64,000 nt of DNA from the human T2T-CHM13v2.0 reference genome, Homo sapiens: assembly GCF_009914755.1 (NCBI RefSeq), contig NC_060934.1, one strand, 5' to 3'. This document shows, piece after piece, positions 1 through 12,379 of this stretch. Every line of letters starts with the position of its first letter. The stretch's first letter is position 1. The translations under genes were made by a program, and so were the position numbers. A model generated the notes under the pieces. The model did no database searches. It saw only the letters and a program-made list of their open reading frames with translations, and was not told the origin of the DNA.

Positions 1-33
1 GAGACTCTGTCTCAAAACAAACAAACGAAAAAT
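1..33 (+). mobile_element. 3' end and A-rich tail of an Alu, truncated by the window edge
   Basis: gagactctgtctc followed by aaaacaaacaaac. Confidence 0.85.
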
Positions 34-34
34 A

Positions 35-360
35 GGCAGAGCACAGAAGGTTTTTAGGGCAGTGAAACTATTGTGTATGATACTATAATGATGAACACAT
101 TTTATTATGCATTTGTCTAAACCCATAGAATTTATAAAACAAAGAGTTAACGCTATTGTGAACTATGAACTTTGGGTGATAATGAAGTGTCAATGTAGGT
201 TCGTCAGTTGTAAGAAATGTACCACTCTGGTGAGGGATATTGATAATGGGGGAGGCTACGCATGTGTAGGGTCAGGGAGTATATTGGAAATCTCTGTACC
301 TTTCTCTTCATTTTCTTGTAAACCTAAAACTGCCTGATAAATAATGTATTTAACAAAGAA
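35..360 (+). mobile_element. Old L1 (L1MC-like) 3' UTR fragment
   Basis: Typical L1MC 3' text: tttttagggcagtgaaactatt...aaatgtaccactctggtg...ggaaatctctgtacc...taaacctaaaactgc. Confidence 0.8.
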
Positions 361-1414
361 AAATATAGAGGCTTCTAATTAAATTTCTTCTTGTGCCTCC
401 AGCAAGAGAGAGGCAGAACATCTCCTCCTTACTCCCTGGGCCTTTGGGTGTTTTCATGATGATGAGGTGCTGTGGCAACCATCTTGTGACTCTGAGACAA
501 AAATCAAGAGAATTAAGGAAAAGTCCCTGAGCTACTGAATCGCTTAATTTTGGAACTCTCTACCTTCAGACTTTTTTTTTACATTAAATAATAAAACTAA
601 ATTTTAAAAAATTCCCTCACTAATAGCTAAAAGCATTCTAGCTGATTTCAAAACCTTCCCGAAGGAGATGAGAACTAGGCCTCGAAAGATAATAGGATTT
701 GGGTAGGCAGAAAGGAGGCAGTAGACCTTCTATTGGAGAATAAGTGAAGGCAAAGGAATGGGAGTGAGCCTGGCTAATGTGGCTGCTGGTGAGGGACCTC
801 CAGCCTGCTGTGGAAAATGTCAACTGGAATAATTGGGCCTTTCTCTGAACTTATAGTACTTAGTCCACCTGTATTTGTGTATACATTTTAAAATATTTAT
901 TTGCATGCAGATTGTTTTCTATAGGAGGAGAAAAGTGGTTGGCTCAAGTGCTTTAGATACAAAAGGACAGAACAGTCTTTTCCTAGCTCTGTGGTCTCCT
1001 GGCTGGGCCCCTCACGCTTGTATTGGAGCATTATAGATAGCAGCTATAGGCAGAAGCTGGAATAACTGCTCTCACAGCGTACTCCATGAGACTGACCAAT
1101 AGTACCTCTTTGGTTTCCAGGTAACTAAATGAGACAGAGGTGGGCAGGGGGTTCTCTCTAAGCCTGCAGAGCCATGGTGGGATGCCCTGAGAACTGTGTT
1201 AGCTAGCTCTGGGCACACCAGGGACAGCACACTTGGCCTCATCAGTGTTTCCCTGGAGGGTGCAGGCATCTATGCAGGGTGAGTTGCTGCTCCTAAGGGA
1301 CTTCTCTTGCACGTGCCACCACAAGGGCAGGAGCGGAGAGAGAAAGACTACATGAACTGTGTGAATTCACTTGAGACAGCTCCAGGACACAGAAATAACA
1401 GCATGAGACCTAAA

Positions 1415-1757
1415 AAAATTTTATGAATACATAATGTACATACTGATGGGGTACACGTAATGTTTTGAAACAAGTACACAATGTGCAATGATCAAATCTG
1501 GGTAATTGGGATATTCATCACCTCAAGCATTTATCATTCCTTTGTGTTAGGAACATTCCAAATCTACTCTTCTAATTATTTTGAAATATACAATAAATTA
1601 TTGTTAACTATAGTCACCCTATTGTGCTACCAAGCATTATATTTTATTCCTTCTAACTATTTTTTTTTTTTTTTTACTCATTAGCCAATTCCTGTTTATA
1701 TCTCTTCACCACACTACCCTCCCAGCCTCTGGTAACCACCATTCTATTCCCTACCTC
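1415..1757 (-). mobile_element. L1MA 3' end fragment
   Basis: atgatcaaatctgggtaattgggatattcatcacctcaagc...cccagcctctggtaaccaccattcta; degenerate TSD aacagcatgaga/aacagtatgaaa. Confidence 0.85.
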
Positions 1758-1879
1758 AACAGTATGAAATTTTGAGGGGAACAAAGCCTTTCATTATTCA
1801 GGTGGCAGCCTGATTCTAGGAAATGGCAGCTATTTTAGTGAGTGTGACTCTGTTGGAATCCCTGGCACATGAGTCTAGG

Positions 1880-2069
1880 TCAAGATTTCTCAGTCTTGGC
1901 ACTCTTGACTGACACTTTGGGCCAGATGACTCTTTGTTGTGAGGACTGTCCTGTGCATGATAGGATGAATATTCAGCAGCATCCTTGGCTTCTACCCACT
2001 AGATGCTAGGAGCAAACTACTCCCGAGCTGTAACAATCAAAACTGTCTCGAGACATTCCAGAACCACTG
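1880..2069 (+). mobile_element. MER20 (hAT-Charlie non-autonomous DNA transposon)
   Basis: tttctcagtcttggcact...gggccagat...cagcagcatcc...ctacccactagatgc...agaaccactg. Confidence 0.8.
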
Positions 2070-2537
2070 ATCTAGAGAATCGTGGGAGGTGTGTGTGTAT
2101 AAGGATATATATATACCAGCCATTTAGATTTCTACCTTTTCACTTTTAAAAAGCTTCAGTGAACTTTTTCTAGCTTAATTTTGTCACATCTTTATTTTCT
2201 TGGTTTAGATTCCTAGACACGGAGTTGCTTGGTGAAAGAGTGGCACACTTCAAGGTTTTTTATATATATTGACCAGTGGCCTCCAAAAAAGTATTTAATT
2301 CTGATTCCTACCAAATTTGACACTTCCTTTTCATCTTTACAGAGTTCAGTCTGGTTTTGCACATGGTAGGTGCTCAATAAATATTGCTATTTAGGTGATT
2401 GAATGTTAGCTGTGAGTATCCCTCCCTTTTTTTCTACTAAATATGTGGGCATGTTGGTATATGGCACTTCACAATAATTTTTATAAGGGCTGAGTCTGGA
2501 GAAGATGTTTGTGATATGGGATTATTCCCTGTAAATA

Positions 2538-2689
2538 AGTGCTTCTCAAGCATGATCCCGGAACTAGTAGCATCTGCATCACTTGGAAATGTGCTAGAAA
2601 TGCCAATTCTCAAGCCCCACAAGGACCTACCCTGTGTTTTAAAAGTCCTCCAGGTGATCTTCTAAAAGCTAAAGTTTAAGAACCACTGC
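2538..2689 (+). mobile_element. MER5A (hAT-Charlie)
   Basis: agtgcttctcaa...gcatcacttggaaat..tagaaatgc..attctc...ccaggtgat...agtttaagaaccactg. Confidence 0.8.
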
Positions 2690-3489
2690 AATAGATAATA
2701 AAGTAAATCAACACATGCTGCTTTTATCAGCAGGAAAATAGCTGTTCCCTAAACACTCTAATGTCATTTCCCTGGTGGGAGTTGGCCAGCCTGCCCTTGG
2801 TTCATAAGAGGTTATGAGACTCAATCTAAATGCAAGTAATGCTTTCTAACTCCATCTGGTGCCTTGGTTGGTTTGAGAGGCCCATCTCATGCCTATACTT
2901 TATGCTCAGGCCCATCTCAGCCTGCTCCATGGCCCACAGCCTAGGAGCCAACAGCTGGGATGTTTAAATGCAGAATGATACTTGCATGTTCAACCTCATT
3001 TGCTAGATTGCTCATTAGATAGATAATGCTAGATAATGCTGTTATCTTGGCCAGATATGAAGTCCAATGTGAGCAAGGTGGCCATCTGTTCAGGGCTGGA
3101 TCCTTTTGGTATAATCAGAGACTATGTGGCTCCAGTAGGCACTTCCACCAGAGACAGCAGCGCAGTCTCTGGGGCTGAACCATAGGGTTGGTCATGTGCT
3201 GGATAGAGGAGGAGGTGGGAGGGCACACAACTTCCAAGAGCCTTTCTTCTAGATGTGACAGTCTCAGGGCACCCATTGGCCTTCCCAAAGGAGAAGAGAC
3301 ACAAAGTCAGGGGATTACTTTGGAAGGATGCCACACTGTAGTCAGCAGGGACTTCTGTGCTTGAACTCACACCTGGTTCCCCTCATCCCCTGTGGGTCAG
3401 AAATGAATCCATAATAACAGCTCCTGACATCTGTAATCCCTGGGGCTTACAGGATTCTGTGTTTGCAGTTCTCTAATTAGACTGAGACC

Positions 3490-3796
3490 TTTTTGTTGTA
3501 TGTTGTTGAGACAGAGTGGTCTCACTCTGTCACCCAGGCTGGAGTGCGGTGGTGTAATCATGGCTCACTGCAACCTCCCATCTCAGCCTCCTCCGTGGGC
3601 TCAAGCCATCCTCCCATCTCAGCCTCCTAAGTAGCTGGGACTACATCATACCCGGCTAATTTTTGTATTTTTTGTAGAGACAGGATTTCGCCATGTTGCC
3701 CAGGGTGTTCTTGAACTAGTGAGTTCAAGCAATCTTCTCACCAGCCTCAGCCTCCCAAAGTGCTGGAAACACGGTCAGGAGCCACCACACCTGACC
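3490..3796 (-). mobile_element. AluJ-type SINE with a short internal duplication
   Basis: Reverse Alu with J-type ggctcaagc; TSD gactgagacct/gactgaggcct; cctcccatctcagcctcct occurs twice. Confidence 0.9.
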
Positions 3797-4076
3797 CTCG
3801 ACTGAGGCCTCTCTTAAAGGCAGGGGCTCAGCTTGGCTTATAATGGTCATTTTTAAATGGGGCTGACTGCACTTTAAATGCTCATACGCTAAATTGCTTA
3901 ATCTTCAGGATTCCCAAGGAACACCAGGCCCTGCCCACAGACAGATACATACTCCCAAGAAGCTAATTATATACAGGGGTTGAAAAACTTAATGTGAAAC
4001 AATTAGTCAAAACTCTTCTTTGGAACCAGTTCCAGGTACTGCTTTGTAACTGAGAATTTTAAAACTGGTGAAATGC

Positions 4077-4458
<382 letters not shown>

Positions 4459-4786
4459 TCAGAGGTTCAGCAACTCAAGGTGATAGAGTTAAATTCTAAA
4501 CAAGCCATCAAACTCTGCCTCTTCTCTGGCTGTGAGACAGCAACTTGTGAAAATAATTTCATCTGATTTAAGCAGACCAGGGCTGCAAATAAAGCAGCTG
4601 TTCTAAGGAAGTGGGTGCTGCAGTTATAACAGTAAGCGCTGAAGTGGGTGTCCAAATGCTGACAGTCAGAACATGTGTGCATGACTGGGCAGCTCTGTTA
4701 GCTGTGAATGGTATAGCATGGCATGAATGGAATGTGCTGGAATGCAGAGGACTCCCTGGGGTTCTTGTTGACCATTACATGGGTGG

Positions 4787-5080
4787 AGGGTGACCAACTG
4801 GTTTTTAGCACTGAAAGTTCTAAATAGAACTTTCTGGGAATGAGGGGACAGATATGAATGATGATGCATTTCATTATTTTTATTTTTATTTTTTGAGACA
4901 GAGTCTCACTCTGTCGGCCAGGCTGGAGTGCAATGGCACTGTCTTGGCTCACTACAACCTCTGCCTCCCGGCTTCACGTCATTCTCCTGCCTCCGCCTCC
5001 TGAGTAGCTGGGATTACAGGTGCCTGTCCTGGGAAGCCCCCTCAGTCCTTGGCGAACCAAGATGGTTGCTCACTCACCCT
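4787..5080 (+). mobile_element. MER81-like (hAT-Blackjack) element split by a ~207-bp insertion
   Basis: Left half agggtgaccaac..ttttagcactgaaagt (4787-4818); right half gtcctgggaagccccctcagtcc...tcaccct (5026-5080). Confidence 0.75.
4833..5026 (-). repeat. Inverted copy of 4226-4431 (Alu right arm, tail and unique 3' flank)
   Basis: Reverse complement reads ...gtctcaaaaaataaaaataaaaataatgaaatgcatcatcattcatatctg, matching the upstream Alu and its flank. Confidence 0.92.
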
Positions 5081-5674
5081 GTGTGGCTTTCAGATGTTTC
5101 AGCTCACTCTGTTCCCACGGCAGCCCGTCCTTCAGAGGTGGCTGAGTTCTTCATGAGACACATTGCAAGCAGCCCTGGAAAGTAAGGGTGCCCCATTAAC
5201 CTTTCAGATCTGAACTATTTTCTGCCTATGAAGTGCATGTTCGGTTTTTATAGATTTTATATGTTTTCCCATCTTTCAGATCTAGCGCTGGCAAGCAGGT
5301 GGTATGGGAGTCCTAAAGTGGGGCAGCTGCTGATGTTGGAGGTAGATCCTGCCTCAGCACTGAGGCCAGGCTTCTGCAGAATCCTTTGAGGCTTCTGTCC
5401 TGAACTTCCAAAGTTCCAGCAGGAGGTGTTGGGCTAAGGTCAGGTGTCACAGTGGGAGTACGTTGCAGAAGCATAATATTCCAGAGGTTTCAGGGGCTTT
5501 CCCATTCAGTTAGTCAGTTTGTCACATCCCTCATCCCTAAGACTGGCCAGGCACATTTCCCTTTAGATGCTTATTGATGCCATTTTGGATTTTGTGGCAT
5601 TCCCTAGAATGTCTAGAATGTTTAAAGTTCTGAAAAGCACTTAGTTCTCAAATATTTGAAAACAGAGGCAAAAG

Positions 5675-5795
5675 AATGTGTTGAGAGTGTGATTTCTGGA
5701 ATCAGACTTCCTGTATTTAATCCCAGATCTTCCCTTTAATATCTATGACCCTGGGCATGTTACTTCAATTCTCTAACCTCAGTTTCGTTACCTGT
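5675..5795 (+). mobile_element. MIR fragment
   Basis: tctggaatcagac...aatcccag...ctgggcatgttactt...cctcagtttc. Confidence 0.7.
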
Positions 5796-5921
5796 ATGTG
5801 TATATATATATACACACACATATATATATACACACACATATATATACACACACACATATATATATACACACACATATATATATATATACACACACACACA
5901 TATATATATACACACACACAC
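5796..5921. repeat. (TA)n/(CA)n compound microsatellite
   Basis: Repeating tatatatatacacacaca units. Confidence 0.95.
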
Positions 5922-7120
5922 TTTGAAGAATGGGTATCCATCCCCTCAAGCGCTTATTCCAAGTTGCAAACAGTCCAATTACACTCTAAGTTTTTAAAAG
6001 ATGTACTGTTATTATCAACTATAGTCACCCTGTTGTGTTATCAAATAGTAGGTCTTATTCATTCTTTCTACTTTTTTTGTTTCCATTAACTATCCTCACC
6101 TCCCTCAACCCCCTATTACCCTTCCCAGCCTCTGGTAACCATCCTTCTACTCTCTATGTCCATGAGTTCAATTGTTTTGATTTTTAGATCCCACAAAAAA
6201 GTGAGAACATGTGATGTTTGTCTTTTTCTTCCTGGTTTATATTTCACCTAACATAATGATCTCCAGTTCCATCCATGTTGTAGCAAATGACTGGATCTCC
6301 TTCTTTTTACTGGCTGAGTAGTACTCCATTGTATATATGTGCCACAGTTTTTTTTAATCCATCCACCTGTTGATGGACACTAATGTTACTTCCAAATGTT
6401 AGCTATTGTAAACAGTGCTGCAACAAACATGAAAGTGCAGATATCTTGTCGATATACTGATTGCCTTTCTTTTGGGTATATACCCAGCAGTGGGATTGCT
6501 GGATCAAATGGTAGCTCAATTTTTAGTGTTTTGTGGAATCTCCAAACAATTTTCCACAGTGGTTGTGCTAATTTACATTCCCACTGACAGCGTACAAGTG
6601 TTTGTTCCCTTTTCTCCACATCCTTGCCAGAATTTTTTATTGCCTGTCTTTTGGATACAAGCCATTTTAATTGGAGTGAGATGATGTCTCATTGTGATTT
6701 TGATTTGCATTTCTCTGATGATCAGTGCTGTTTAGCACCTTGTCATATACCTGCTTGCCATTTCTATGTCTTCTTTTGAGAGATGTCTATTCAAATCTTT
6801 CGGCCATCTTTTGACTGGATTATTAGATATTTTCCTATAGAGTTGTTTGAGTTCTTTATGTATTCTGGTTACTAATCCCTTGTCAGATGGGTAGTTTGCA
6901 AATATTTTTTCCCATTCTGTGAGTTGTGTCTTCACTGTGAATTGTATCCTTTGTTGTGCAGAAGCTTTTTAACTTGATGTGATCTCATTTGTCCACTTTT
7001 GCTTTGGTTACCTGTGCTTGTTGGGTATTGCTCGAGAAATTTTTGCCCAGATTAATGTCCTAGAGATTTTCCCCAATGTTTTCCTGGTGTAGTTTCATGG
7101 TTTGAGGTCTTATATTTAAG
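5922..7120 (-). mobile_element. L1MA 3' portion (ORF2 C-terminus and 3' UTR)
   Basis: ORF fragments [16 protein letters not shown] and [19 protein letters not shown] are LINE-1 ORF2p. Confidence 0.92.
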
Positions 7121-7149
7121 TTAACATATATTAAGTGTTTTGAGGACAG

Positions 7150-7360
7150 AATAGTGCAAATGGAAAGAGTTTAATAGACACAGCTACAAAATATACCTCT
7201 ATTACTTCCTAGCTGTGTAGTCATGGGCAATTTAATTCACCTCTTCGAGCCTCAATTCCCTCATCTGTAAAGTCTTATCTCATAGATTACTTATGAGAAT
7301 TAAATGAGATGACTAGGTAAAATTTCCAGCATATTGCCTGGCACCCTGCTTGCTTAATAC
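7150..7360 (+). mobile_element. MIR
   Basis: cttcctagctgtg...gggcaa...gagcctcaattccctcatctgtaaa...gagaattaaatgagat...tgcctggcac. Confidence 0.75.
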
Positions 7361-8598
7361 ATATTTATACTTTCCTATACACGATAAGTTAACATAGATT
7401 TGGTGCCAAAACAATTTAGTCATGTTCACCAAATAATCATATATGAGGCACTACTGGTGATTATTGAACTTGGTCCTTGGACTGTCATTGTTCTTGGTTA
7501 AGGTGCAGCAGATGTTAACTTTAAAATAGACATTTGGGTTCTTTGGTATTTCAACGGCAAGGGATGCTGTAGCAAATTTCTATGAACCCGGTAGCTGAGC
7601 AGATACAGTCTCACTTTATAACAAAGCATATTTTCATGAGACTCATGGAAATGGTTTACCAACTCCCAGAGGATTTGGTTACAATCACAATATTGCTTAC
7701 CAGCTGTAAATGAAGGCTTTTGCCTGTCTGGAGCCAGCTCAGCACCATGAAGTATCTGGAGAAGAGCCAACAGGTCATGGAATTCTTTCTTCAGATGCTG
7801 CTCATCACTGCTTGCCTGGTCCCAAAAGATTTGTCCTGTGTCTTTTGTCCCTTCTATCCCCTGCTTGGATAGCATTCACTATCCTTCTTTTTTCATCTGA
7901 TACCTTCTCTGGCTTGCAAAGGCCTTTCTACAGTCTTCCCTCCCTCTCTTTCCCACACAAGGCATGCTTCCATACAGCATTACATTGTCTATTTGCTCCT
8001 CTTGCCAGAATCCTTGGAAGCACCTATCCTTTGGGCTCGATATCTCACTCCCTGAGTGGCCAAACAATGAGATTCTTCCTGACTCACAAGCAAAGTTCAT
8101 GGTTCCAAGGAAAAGCCAATGTTATCCATGGCAACCCTGAAAGATGAGTGAGCCCCATGCCAGCCGCTGCATGGGAAAGGCCAACAGCAAAATATCTTTA
8201 CCTGACATATACACTCACATTCTTTTCACTACCTTCCATTTTTACCAGAATCCAGGCAGACTGATAATACATTCTAGATAATTGTTCTAAGCCATTCTTG
8301 AATATTTAATAGAGTAGATAATGTATAGGTGGTACCATCTGCATCTTTTTGTTACCTTTAACTGTTCATACTTCTGGTTATCCGATATTTGATATGAACA
8401 TAAAGCTGAATGAACAATGTGGTTGCTTTGTGAATATGAGTTATTCATTCCTAACCTCACTGTTGGAATACCTACAATATGCCACGCCTGTGCCAAGCCC
8501 CATGATAACAGGTCAAATAAGACATAACATATTTGCATGACACTTACATTATGATGAGTGACAGAGAAATACATCAGTGATGACAGGACTGCATAGTA

Positions 8599-8678
8599 TT
8601 AGGTTGGTGCAAAAGTAGTCACGGTTTTTACCATTACTTTCAATGGCAAAAACCATGATTACTTTTGCACCATCCTAA
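8599..8678. mobile_element. MADE1 (Hsmar1-derived 80-bp palindromic MITE)
   Basis: ttaggttggtgcaaaagta...tacttttgcaccatcctaa inverted terminal repeats, preceded by TA. Confidence 0.93.
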
Positions 8679-8997
8679 AAAAACTATGACACAAGCATGG
8701 ATAAGGAAAGCATCAAACCCTACTGGGATGGTGGGGTAGGGATAGAACACGGAGGAGCGTTTGGAAGACAATCACACTAAGCTCACTGCTGGAACAATGG
8801 GTAGAAACCAGATAAATGAAGACAGATTGGAGGGAGACCTGTGTCTCCTTCAGCCCTCAGTGTCTGCTGATTTTGTCACTGTAGACAGTACTTTACCCCT
8901 GCTCTCTCTCTCTCTGCATTAGGGACTCTGGAACTTTCATATAAGGAACAGAAATCCCTCAGTTTTTTATAGTGCAATTAAAAATATAAAATCTCCC

Positions 8998-9450
8998 TTT
9001 CATGCGCGTCCGTGTGAAGAGACCACCAAACAGGCTTTGTGTGAGCAACATGGCTGTTTATTTCACCTGGGTGCAGGCGGGCTGAGTCCAAAAAGAGAGT
9101 CAGCAAAGGGAGATAAGGGTGGGGCCGTTTTATAGGATTTGGGTAGGTAAAGGAAAATTACAATCAAAGGGGGTTTGTTCTCTGGCGGGCAGGAGTGGGG
9201 GTCGCAAGGTGCTCAGTGGGGGTGCTTTTTGAGCCAGGATGAGCTAGGAAAAGGACTTTCACAAGGTAAAGTCATCACTTAAGGCAAGGATCGGCCATTT
9301 TCACTTCTTTTGTGGTGGAATGTCATCAGTTAAGGTGGGACAGGGCATATTCACTTCTTTTGTGATTCTTCAGTTACTTCAGGCCATCTGGGCGTATTCG
9401 TGCAAGTCACAGGGGATGTGATGGCTTGGCTTGGGCTCACAGGCCTGACA
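8998..9450 (-). promoter_or_regulatory. HERV-H 3' LTR (LTR7)
   Basis: Minus strand begins TGTCAGGCC, contains TATAAAA and AATAAA, and is preceded by the polypurine tract aagaaggcaggaa. Confidence 0.97.
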
Positions 9451-11468
9451 TTCCTGCCTTCTTATATTAATAAGAAAAATAAAACAAAATAGTGTTGAAG
9501 TGTTGGGGTGGTGAAAATTTTTGGGGGGTGGTATGGAGAGAGAATGGGCAATGTTTCTCAGGGCGCTTCAAGTGGGATTAGGGGCGGCGTGGGAACCTAG
9601 AGTGGGAGAGATTAAGCTGAAGGGAGGCCTTGTGGTAAGGGGTGATATTGTGGGGATGTTAGAAGAAACATTTGTCATATAGAATGATTGGTGATGGCCT
9701 GGATACGGTTTTGGATGAATTGAGAAACTAAATGGAATAACAGAAGGAGAAAAACAGGTATAAAAGGTCTAAGAATTGGGACGACTCAGGATATCTGATC
9801 AGGGAGTGCCTAAGGAGACTCAGCATAGTCCTGCCAGCAAAGATTATTTATTTACTTCAAGAGTTAAGAGTGGCAGTTTGGGGATAGCACCAGGAGATAT
9901 CAGCTGTGATGGCTTGGAAAAACAGTGTAAACCAGCAGTGTAAACAAGAGCAGAGCATGTATGAGTAGTTGAGAATGGTGAATAGGAGTATGACTAGACA
10001 GAAGATAGTAAGGATGACAAGTTTTTTTGGGGGGCACAGTGTAAGTTGGTCTGGTGTCTGGAATGAGACTGAGGCCTAATAAAAAGGAGCGTCTATACAG
10101 GAGCTCAAATGGGCTGTACCCTGTAGCATTCCGAGGACAGGCCTGAATTCTGAGAAGGGAAAGTGGTAAAAGTATTGTCCAGTCCTTTTTAAGTTGGTGG
10201 CTGAACTTGGTGAGATGTGTTTTTAAAACACCTTTAGTCCATTCTACTTTTCTTGAAGACGGAGGACCGTAAGGGATATAAAGGTTTCACTGAATACTAA
10301 GAGCCTGAAAAACTGCTTGGCTGATTTGACTAATAAAGGCTCGTCTGTTATCAGACTATATTGAGGTGGGAAGGCTAAACTGAGGAATTATGTCTGACAG
10401 AAGGGAAGAAATGACTGCGGTGGCCTTCTCAGACCCTGTAGGAAAGGCCTCTACCTATCCAGTGAAAGTATCTACCTAGACTAAGAGGTATTTTAGTTAT
10501 CTGACTCAGGGCATGTTGAGTAAAGCTAATTTGCCAGTCCTGGGTGGGGCAAATCCTCGAGCTTGATGTGTAGGGAAGGGAGGGGGCCTGAATAATCCCT
10601 GAGGAGTAGTAGAATAGCAGATGGAACACTGAGAAGTTATTTCCTTGAGGATAGATTTCCACGATGGAAAGGAAATGAGAGGTTCTAAGAGGCGGGCTAG
10701 TGGCTTGTACTATAGCATAACCTGCCTTTGCTGGTGTGTGGTGATTAGGCCAGGTGGAACTGCCATCAACAAATCAAGCATGATCAGGGTGAGGAACAGG
10801 AAAGAAGGAAATTTGGGGAAATGGGGTGAATGTCAGGTGGATCAGAGAGATACAGTCATGGGGGTCAGGTGTGGTATCAGGAATAATGTGGGAGGCCGGA
10901 TTGAAGTCTGGGCCAGGAACAACGGTAATTGTGGGAGACTCAACGAAGAGTGAGTATAGCTGAAGGAGCCGGGAAGCAGAAAATATATGCATCAGGTATG
11001 AGGAAGAAAATAGATTTTGGAAGTTATGAGAACTGTAGAGAGTGAGTTGAGCATAGTTTGTGATTTTGAGGGCCTCTAAAAGTATTAATGCAGCGGCAGC
11101 CGCTGCACGCAGACATGAGGGCTAGGCTAAAACAGTAAGGTCAAGTTGTTTGGCCAGAAAGGCTACAGGGTGTGGTCCTGGGTCTTGTGTAAGAATTCTG
11201 ACCACGCTAACCATGCCTAGGAAGGAAAGGAGTTGTTGTTTTGTAGAAGGTGCTGGGATTTGAGAGATCAGTCGGACACGATTGGCAGGAAGAACACGTG
11301 TGTTTTTATGAGAATTATGCCGAGATAGGTAACAGATGAGGAAGAAATTTGGGCTTGATTGAAGTAATGGGGGCTGTCTGTGAAGCTTTGCAGCAGTACA
11401 GCCTAGGTAATTTGCTGAGCTTGATGGGTGTCAGGGTCAGTCCAAGTGAAAGTGAAGAGAGGCTGGGA

Positions 11469-11834
11469 TTAAGGGTGCAAAGGAATAGTAAAGAAAGCAT
11501 GTTTGAGATCTAGAACAGAATAATGGGTTATAGAGGCAGGTATTGAGGATAGGAGAGTATATGGGTTTGGCACCACGGGGTGGATAGGCAAAACAATTTG
11601 GTTGGTAAGGCGCAGATCCTGAACTAACTTGTAAGGCTTGTCTGGTTTTAGGACAGGTAAAATGGGGGAATTGTAAGGAGAGTTTATAGGTTTTAAAAGG
11701 CCATGCTGTAGCAGGCGAGTGATAACAGGCTTTAATCTTTTTAAAGCGTGCTGCGGGATGGGATATTGGCGTTGAGTGGGGTAAGGGTGATTAGGTTTTA
11801 ATGGGATGGTAAGGGGTGCATGATCGGTCGCCAA
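11469..11834 (-). pseudogene. pol: HERV-H pol remnant, reverse transcriptase N-terminal part
   Basis: QYPIP...SPYNSPILPVLKPDKPYKLVQDLR...VVPNPYTLLS...YSVLDLKHAFFTIPLHP, gammaretroviral RT motifs, then stop and deletion. Confidence 0.93.
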
Positions 11835-11987
11835 GGAGGGAGTAGAGGTATCTTATACTTGTGGGTTAAGGTCGGGGGATACAAGAGGAGGACACAAAGG
11901 AGGCTTTGGATTGGGAAGAAGGGCGGCAATGAGATATAGCTGTAGTCCAGGAATAGTCAGGGAAGCAGATAATTTAGTTAAAGTGTC

Positions 11988-12212
11988 TCAGCCTAATAAG
12001 GGTACTGGGCAGGTGGGGATAACTAAAAAGGAGTGCTTAAAAGAGTATTGTCTAATTTGGCACCAGAGTTGGGGAATTTTAAGAGGTTTAGAAGCCTGGC
12101 CGTCAATACCCACAACAGTTATGGAGGCAAGGGAAACAGGCCCTTGAAAAGAAGGTAATGTGGAGTGGGTAGCCTCCGTATTGATTAAGAAGGGGAGGGA
12201 CTTACCTTCCAC
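11988..12212 (-). pseudogene. pro: HERV-H protease remnant
   Basis: FLINTEATHS (degenerate LxDTGAxxS active site) and IPTCPVPLLG. Confidence 0.88.
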
Positions 12213-12379
12213 TGTGAGAGTTACCCAAAGCTCGGCGTCCGTGATGGTCTGGGGGCTTCTGAGGCGATCGGGCAGTGTCAGTCTTCAGCCGCCAAGCCGA
12301 GAAGATCTGGGAAGGAGTCAGTCAGAGAGCCTTGGGCCAGAGTTCCATGGGCTCTGGGAGTGGCTGCCAGGTGAGTTGA

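Noticed and set aside
7498-8147. Overlapping 125-aa and 145-aa ORFs, considered as a processed pseudogene
   Set aside because: No recognisable protein similarity, poly(A) tail or TSD; part of the region looks L2-like.
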